Shown here one piece after another: positions 39,360 through 46,822 of a stretch of DNA of 46,822 nucleotides (its first letter is position 1; every line of letters begins with the position of its first letter). Position numbers and translations under genes: made by a program. Location of the stretch: assembly GCF_006345805.1 (NCBI RefSeq), contig NW_021831657.1, positions 1-46,822 of the forward strand. The letters are read 5' to 3'. Source of the DNA: Octopus sinensis (lineage: Eukaryota). The notes under the pieces were generated by a model that saw nothing but the letters and a program-made list of their open reading frames with translations, made no database searches and had not been told where the DNA came from.

Positions 39360-39652
39360 TGTTAAATCGTCGTTCGACTCCATTCTTTCATTTACATATA
39401 TATATATATATATATATATGCTAACAATATAGGATGAAGTCCCTTTCTCTACAGAAAAGGAATCCATCAGGAAGCGTGGGCAGTATATTTTAAAAAACCG
39501 TTACGGTTGAAGTATAAACATCATATAATTAAGGGCTAAAGAGGGTTATTCTAAAGCCAATACACTGATTTATCCACTTATAATCCGCTTGCTACAGAAG
39601 AATTGAAACTGAAAACGGGCAACTAACCTTTAGAAAATTTAAATTTCGTTAT

Positions 39653-39713
39653 CTCTATATTGAATCAATTTCGGAATTAATCTTATAAAAGGTATATTCT
39701 TTCTTCAGTAGAG
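39653..39713 (-). ncRNA. Type I HHR in the 491 bp unit
   Basis: CUCUA / CUGAAGA / stem II with imperfect base / GAA / AUUGAUUCAAU / A / UAGAG. Confidence 0.65.
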
Positions 39714-40487
39714 CTTTCGATGGGATATAAATAAAATACTCACGTATGATCATGGAAAAAGCACAAGCTAAAAACATAACTACACTTGAGTACTTCATTT
39801 ATATCTAAAAATAAAAATTCTTTGGTCAGCCTCAGAAACAACGTCTTGACCTTTCGCCGCTACAAATTGTAATGGTTACCGGTCCTCCCGTAGCAAGCAG
39901 CGAGTTTACTACTAACAATATAGGATGAAGTCCCTTTCTCTACAGAAAAGGAATCCATCAGGAAGCGTGGGCAGTATATTTAAAAAAACCGTTACGGTTG
40001 AAGTATAAACATCTTATAATTAAGGGCTAAAGAGGGTTATCCTAAAGCCAATACACTGATTTATCCACTTATAATCCGCTTGCTACAGGAGAATTGAAAC
40101 TGAAAACGGACAACTAACCTTTAGAAAATTTAAATTTCGTTATCTCTATTGGCTTTAGGATAACCCTCTTTAGCCCTTAATTATAAGATGTTTATACTTC
40201 AACCGTAACGGTTTTTTTAAATATACTGCCCACGCTTCCTGATGAATTCCTTTGCTGTAGAGTAAGGGACTTCATCCTATATTGCTTAGTAGTAAACTCG
40301 ATGCTTGCTACGGGAGGACCGGTAACCATTACAATTTGTAGCGGCGAAAGGTCAAGACGTTGTTTCTGAGGCTGACCAAAGAATTTTTATTTTTAGATAT
40401 AAGTGATGTACTCAAGTGTAGTTATGTTTTTAGCTTGTGCTTTTTCCATGATCATACGTGAGTATTTTATTTATATCCCATCGAAAG

Positions 40488-40548
40488 CTCTACTGAAGAA
40501 AGAATATATCTTTTATAAGATTAATTCCGAAATTGATTCAATATAGAG
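40488..40548 (+). ncRNA. Type I HHR in the 491 bp unit (inverted copy)
   Basis: CUCUA / CUGAAGA / AA-GAAU..AUCUU-UUAU-AAGAU..AUUC-C / GAA / AUUGAUUCAAU / A / UAGAG; cleavage after 40543. Confidence 0.7.
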
Positions 40549-40675
40549 ATAACGAAATTTAAATTTTCTAAAGGTTAGTTGCCCGTTTTCAGTTTCAATT
40601 CTTCTGTAGCAAGCGGATTATAAGTGGATAAATCAGTGTATTGGCTTTAGAATAACCCTCTTTAGCCCTTAATTA

Positions 40676-40724
<49 letters not shown>

Positions 40725-41119
40725 CATATATCAGTAGTGTATGCTCATTACTGGTTAATGGTATGTGTTGCCGTACTGAACCTGCCACTCTGCTCCAGCA
40801 TGGCCGGAAAATGATTGAAACAAGTAAGAGTAGAAGAAAAGTTTACAAGGTTACAAGCTCCAGTCTATTTCTGTACATAATACTGCTCCAAGAAACTAAC
40901 TTAATCTTTGTATTCTCAGTGTTGTATTATTACATCTAAAGCGAAATTATATTCAGATTATTTCATAACACAACAAGAATAGAATTATTCTACAGAAAAT
41001 TTACCGTCTTTGATCGGTATGTAACACTCAACTAAAGCTCGCCAAGAATACACATCTCTATCGATAAATTAAGCACAGCTTATGAACAGATATCATTTCA
41101 AAATCTTAACATATCTATA

Positions 41120-41375
41120 AAGACTGGCTGCGCCGTTAGCACATCGGGACAAAATTCTAAAGGCCATTTCTTCCGGTTCTTTACATACTGAGTTCATATA
41201 CCACCGAGGTCGGTAAACTGAAGTACCTGTCTTGTACTGGGGTCCGATATAATTGGCTAATCCCTCTTCCTAAAACTGTTGGCCTTGTGTCAAAATTTGA
41301 AACCATCATTATTGCGTTTCATTATTTCGGGGTCGATAGAGCCGAAACTACTGGCCTTGTGCCAAAATTTGAAAC
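41120..41375 (+). mobile_element. S3-related SINE remnants
   Basis: Decayed head and TGGCCTTGTGTCAAAATTTGAAAC tail. Confidence 0.55.
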
Positions 41376-41395
41376 TATTATTATTATTATTATTC

Positions 41396-42307
41396 AGTAG
41401 TTTTATTTTTATAGCGTGCTTTCACTTCACTACCGAGCGCAGCTCTGTGTGCCTTGGGTATGTGCTGTGATTTGTTGTGATGCTCTGATGGTTATTGTAT
41501 GGAAAGTGCTCTGCGTAGGATGTGTGCAGTGCCTAGTAGTGCCATTTTCTGTATGTTATATGTGTTTGTAAGTCCTGGTGTTTTTGTTATGTATTTGTCT
41601 GAATATTTTTTTACCATGCCTAATGCACCTACTACGATAGGAATTGTTTCTGTTTTCAGATTCCACATTCTAGTTACCTCTATTTCCAGGTCTTTGTATT
41701 TTGAGAGTTTCTCCATTTCTTTTAGAGACACGTTGTCATCAGCCGGTATTGATACATCAATTAGAAAGAATTTTTTTTCTTCATGATCTCTGACAACTAT
41801 ATCTGGTCTGTTGGCCTTAATGTCTCTATCTGTGTGTATCGGCATATCCCAGAGTATGGTTGCTTTCTCGTTTCTGAGACCTTTTCTGGTGTGTGCCTAT
41901 ACCATCTTTTTTCTGTTGTTATTCCATAATGTTGGCATAGCTTCCAATGTATGTAGGTTCCAACTCTGTCATGTCTGTGAATATATTCCTTCTTAGCCAA
42001 GACTGGGCAGCTAGAGATAATTTGATTTATTGTTTCTTGTCCATCTCCACATATTCTGCAGTTACTTGTAATATTTCTTTTCATTACATGTTTTTGGTAA
42101 TTTCTGGTGGGGAGGCTTTGGTCTTGTGCTGCAATTAAAAATCCCTCTGTTTCTGCTTTGAGTCCTGAGCTTCTCAACCATTGCTGGGATTTTTGTTTGT
42201 CTATTTCTTTTGCGTTTCTTTTGTGTGTATCGGCATATCTCAGAGTATGGTTGCTTTCTCGTTTTCTGTGACCTTTTCTGGTGTGTGCCTATACCATCTT
42301 TTTTCTG

Positions 42308-42311
<4 letters not shown>
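41396..42311 (-). mobile_element. 5'-truncated R4/Dong-like non-LTR retrotransposon (CCHC plus restriction-like endonuclease), with a duplicated sub-fragment at ~42220-42311
   Basis: AETEGFLIAAQDQSLPTRNY, CRICGDGQETINQIISSC, RPDIVVRD..FLIDVSIP..KLSKYKDL, IPIVVGALG; flanked by (ATT)n. Confidence 0.9.
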
Positions 42312-42378
<67 letters not shown>

Positions 42379-42931
42379 GAGTGAGAGAGCGGTGCATGCA
42401 ATCAAAGTGACACTGGAGTAAAATATACGAAGCCCAGTATACCCATCAAACTACCCGTCTGATAAGAGTACACTAGGCACACGAATCACAACCATATGTG
42501 CGCGACATGACGATCTCATATCAAAACAAACAGCACATGACCTCGCAGGTGGGGCCCAGTTAGAATTTTCTTCTGGTCGAGTAACCCATCCCGTTCAAAA
42601 GGTCCCTGAAAAAGGGTTGTTTAAGGATGTTGAACGAAACACCCATGTTCCCAAAGGTGAATTATTCAAATCCCAAAGAATTTCTCTCAATACGCAGCTA
42701 TGATACTCCCCTACTACTTCTGCTCGTGATCAGAGATGCACATATCATCATCCACTAAGGGACATGCTCGACTGATTAAGGTCAAGCAACTGACAAGCAA
42801 ATCTGTGGTATTGAGCAGAATATTTGCTGTAGACCATCTTTTATACCAAAACAAAACAATGTACATGATGACACTTCCAATCAGTTAAGATCAGAAGACA
42901 AGAGAGCCACTGCCTGGTACTGCATCAGGGC

Positions 42932-42932
<1 letters not shown>
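42379..42932. mobile_element. Unclassified ~555 bp non-coding element bounded by (ATT)n on both sides
   Basis: Sharp boundaries with ATT tracts; no recognisable ORF. Confidence 0.5.
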
Positions 42933-43005
<73 letters not shown>

Positions 43006-43023
43006 TATTATATTATATTATTA

Positions 43024-43081
<58 letters not shown>

Positions 43082-43082
43082 T

Positions 43083-43531
43083 ATGGGTTTTTCTTCTTCT
43101 TTCAAATTTGCTTCCATTTCTGGCCGAGTGTCTTCCCGACTCCTAGGGCAAAGAAACTCATTGTATACATTGGTAGGCCATTAAACTAAACTCACTAGTT
43201 CGTTCATTTTTTTTTTTTGATAGTAATAAAGTTAAATTAAAATACATGGGCAGTGATAGTTCTCACATCGACAATGCTCTTCTCAATACGTGTGATGTAC
43301 CAGTTAAGACAATCTTTTGCACTTCTTGCAAGGGTCGTAAGCCAGGGATCATTTCCATATAATTTTCGGTTCCCTTCTTGATCATTCCTAGTGCTCCTAC
43401 GATCACTGGTATTGTAACCGCCTTGAGATGCCACATTTTCTCAATTTCAATGAGCAAGTCTTTATATTTTCTGAGCTTGTCAAATTCTTTCACCGAGATA
43501 TTATGATCACAGGGGATGCTCATGTCGATCA
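43083..43531 (-). mobile_element. 5'-truncated R4/Dong-like element, second subfamily
   Basis: LIDMSIPCDHNISVKEFDKLRKYKDLLIEIEKMWHLKAVTIPVIVGALG..LRRALSM*; different 3' UTR; in (ATT)n. Confidence 0.85.
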
Positions 43532-43532
43532 A

Positions 43533-43688
<156 letters not shown>

Positions 43689-43714
43689 TATTATTATTAT
43701 TATTATTATCATTA

Positions 43715-43770
<56 letters not shown>

Positions 43771-43772
<2 letters not shown>

Positions 43773-44340
43773 TAGTAGCCTTATTTTTATCACGTGCTTT
43801 CACTTCACTAAGGAGCGCATCTCTGTGTGCCTTGGGTATGTGCTGTGGTTTGTTGTGGTGCTCTTATTGTTACTGCATTGAAAGTGTTTTACGCAGGATG
43901 TGTGCGGTGCCTAGTAGTGCTATGTTCTGTATGTTATATATACTTATTAGTCTTGGTGTTTTTATTATGTATTTGTGTGAATATTCATTTTATCATACCT
44001 AATGCGCCTATAATGATAGGAATTGTTTCTGCTTTTAGATTCCACATTCGAGTTACCTCTATTTCCAGGTCTTTGTATTTTGAAAGTTTCTCCATTTCCT
44101 TTAGAGAAACGTTGTCATCTGTTGATATTGCTACATCGATTAGAAAGCATTTTTATTCTTGGTGATTTCTGACAACTATATCCGGCCTATTGACCTTAAT
44201 TTCTCTATCTGTGTGTATTAGCATACCCCACAGTATAGTTGCTTTCTCAATTTCTGTGACCTTTTGTGGCGTGTGCCTATACCATCTTTTTCTATTGCTA
44301 TTTCATGGTGTTGGCATAGCTTCCAGTGTATATGGATCCC
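43771..44340 (-). mobile_element. 5'-truncated R4/Dong-like element, same subfamily as 41396
   Basis: High similarity to 41400-41960; frameshifted; in (ATT)n. Confidence 0.9.
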
Positions 44341-44349
44341 ATTATTATC

Positions 44350-44431
<82 letters not shown>

Positions 44432-45114
44432 CCATGTAAAACCAGAGCAGCTAGAAAAGAACCTAAGCCTTCATGACAACCATCAAATAACAGAAAAGTA
44501 ATTAAAGAATTACAAATTATCAACAGCCAAGGACAACCATCTAATTGTAAAGCAAGACTCTTAATTAGTTGATGCAAATATTAATTTCAAAACAAAAATC
44601 TCTTTTACAGCATGAGGCGTTAACAATGCACTGAGAAGCGAATCAAAATTTATACCATACGTAACAAATCAAAGATTCGTCTTTTAGGGTGATTCCATGT
44701 TGAACATCTAGATATTTTGCACAATATTCAAAATATTACCTTTATTTTTCTCTTTTGCCTTTTGTTTCGTTTTTCTTTATTTCTTCTTGCTTTTTTTTAA
44801 ATATATAACAAATGATTAACTACGAAAGGTAAAAAAACGTGTACTTTAGAAATCTGAATCCTAAACTAAATTGAAGCAGTCAATGCCGCCACTAAAATCT
44901 ACTTCTTCAATGCAGATTATACACGAAACACGTGTGTCTGGAAAGACATAAACAGCGAAAGCATTTAAACAATACGAAACCGTTCTTCCACAAGGTTTGT
45001 GTCATTGTGATGCCTCTGGATGCTTGTGGACTTTTAATTTAAGAAAATCTTTATTCAGATCGTGAATACAAGCGTACATGCACAATCAAAAATACATACA
45101 CATACGTAGGTAAG

Positions 45115-45182
<68 letters not shown>

Positions 45183-45231
45183 TGTGTCTGTGTCTGTGTG
45201 TCTGTGTCTGTGTGTCTGTGTGTACAAATAA

Positions 45232-45305
<74 letters not shown>
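45115..45305. repeat. Compound (TA)(TG)(TGTC)(GATA) microsatellite
   Basis: Read directly. Confidence 0.95.
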
Positions 45306-45521
45306 GTACTATACAATAGAAGCTTATACGGATGCATGGATACATACATTCATACATGCAAGCATATAAATGGGAACGGGGTGAGACATGACGGCTGCTG
45401 AGCTGAAAATTCGAGGTCATAGTCAACCAAGTCCTGGTAAAATTTAATATATGCACTACTAAAAGTACTGAGTGTTCTTTCGTTTTATTGTTATATTGAT
45501 CATATATATATATATATATAT

Positions 45522-45650
45522 CCGACGAAGATCTCCGCTCGAAACGTTAAACCCTCCTTCTTTCCATCTTTCCTGAGCGTCCAATAATACTATATTTGTT
45601 CCGCGACCTAACGTTGTTGTTTTTTTGTGCTTTCTTGTTTGGATTAACTT

Positions 45651-45655
<5 letters not shown>
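45522..45655 (+). mobile_element. 5'-truncated HHR-element remnant between TA tracts
   Basis: CCGACGA-A-GAUCUCCGCUC-GAA-ACGU-U; stem I 5' strand missing; same layout as 13123-13158. Confidence 0.5.
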
Positions 45656-45702
<47 letters not shown>

Positions 45703-45839
45703 TATATATAATATATATATATAATATTTTATATATATATAATATATATATATATTGCTTCACAGAAATATAGATTAAATATAATCACCCGCACACACAC
45801 AGTTATATATGTATGTATATATTATATATATATAAATTA

Positions 45840-45871
<32 letters not shown>

Positions 45872-46000
45872 ATATATATATTGTTATATTTCGGAATGGC
45901 CATATTGCCAGTTTAGCCAATAAAAACACACGCACTATATATTTGGTGTTATTTTGGCTTCAGTGATATTTATTTTTTACATTAATCTTAATCTTATTTC

Positions 46001-46045
46001 GGCCAAAGTTCTTTCGTCACACTCCTGTGACCGCATCAGTGGTCC
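46001..46045 (-). ncRNA. Degenerate minimal HHR-like motif in a PLE 3' region
   Basis: GGACCA / CUGAUGC-G / GUCAC-AGGAGU-GUGAC / GAA / AGAACU / U / UGGCC; A9 replaced by C. Confidence 0.45.
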
Positions 46046-46536
46046 TTTGTTTTCTTCTCACTTATTTGTGTCTCTCCTTACTAACCGTCAGCCATTTTGT
46101 ATTTCTATTGTATGTCTTCATTTGCGCATGCTTATATCTCTATGTGCGTCTATGTTTATTTAGTGTGTGTGGGGGGGATGCCTGTAATATCTGTATCTTC
46201 TGTTTATATACATTCTTGTAATTTGTATTTTGTTTTTGTTGTTGTTGCTTTTGTTCTAATTTTGTTCATGTGTTTACATCCACCCATTATTATCATTACA
46301 TATGTTTGTATGTATGTATAACAACAATATTAGTAATAATAATAATAACTCTAATCGAAAAAAAAAATATATATATATATTATATATATACATATATATA
46401 CACACATATATACACATATACATACATATATATAATAACCATATACATACATAGATATATAATACATATATATAGTTATTCATTTCTATTTCTTTAATTA
46501 TCTGTGTATTTATTATGTTTGCAGGATCTACTATCG

Positions 46537-46822
46537 TCATATGTTGTGGTGTGTGCTATTGCTCCATTCTAGTTTTCTATTCAGGCTAGGTTTATTTTCT
46601 ATTATATGTGTAGCTTCTGTAATTTGTCTAATTGTTGCATCTGTTCTATGTGTGGACAATATCTTAATCTCTATGTTATTGATTGATCCCCCGTGTTCCT
46701 GTTCGGCGTGTTGGTACAGAATCGATGAGCTCTTACCTTCCTTGAGTTGTCTCCAATGTTCATTCACCCGCTCTCCAATGCTTCTTGCTGTTTCCCCTAC
46801 GTATGTTACTGTCTTGTTACTG
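46537..46822 (-). mobile_element. Penelope-like GIY-YIG endonuclease C-terminus, running off the window end
   Basis: TYVGETARSIGERVNEHWRQLKEGKSSSILYQHAEQEH..RQITEATHIIENKPSLNRK. Confidence 0.85.

Larger units (their letters stand above)
39038..39389. repeat. Foldback inverted repeat: 154 bp arms (39038-39191, 39236-39389), 44 bp spacer
   Basis: Arms are reverse complements with about 3 mismatches. Confidence 0.95.
39421..40683. mobile_element. Retrozyme-like ~491 bp unit: 1.5 tandem copies (minus sense, 39421-40148) plus inverted 1.1 copies (40147-40683), between (TA)n tracts
   Basis: CTAACAATATAGGATGAAG at 39421 and 39912; 40147-40683 is the reverse complement of ~39518-40053. Confidence 0.9.

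Noticed and set aside
44905-44995. Possible exon (TTCAATGCAG acceptor, AAG/GTTTGT donor) and GAAA-CACGTG-TG motif
   Set aside because: The peptide is unrecognisable, and the HHR reading lacks a core and has G at the cleavage position.

Overview
Repeat-saturated, AT-rich animal genomic DNA with no host gene that I can support. The SINE and microsatellite makeup looks like an octopus/coleoid cephalopod genome, which is inferred from repeat style only. The window holds many tRNA-derived SINEs, long simple repeats, and decayed fragments of L1/Tx1, RTE, R4/Dong, Penelope-like (PLE) and mariner elements. The main hidden signal is a dense, sequence-diverse set of type I hammerhead ribozyme (HHR) motifs, which I folded by eye. 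About nine copies from six unrelated sequence families are intact or nearly intact, and several more are decayed. They sit in PLE 3' ends, in non-coding 350-510 bp units with terminal direct repeats (retrozyme-like), and in three long head-to-head foldback inverted repeats. Highlights are a U3-A8 compensatory core variant, stem covariation between two paralogous ~500 bp units, and a foldback junction that coincides with a predicted ribozyme cleavage site. Nearly all ORFs in the supplied track are microsatellite or SINE artefacts. All RNA structures are manual predictions, and element boundaries are approximate to about 10 bp unless stated.
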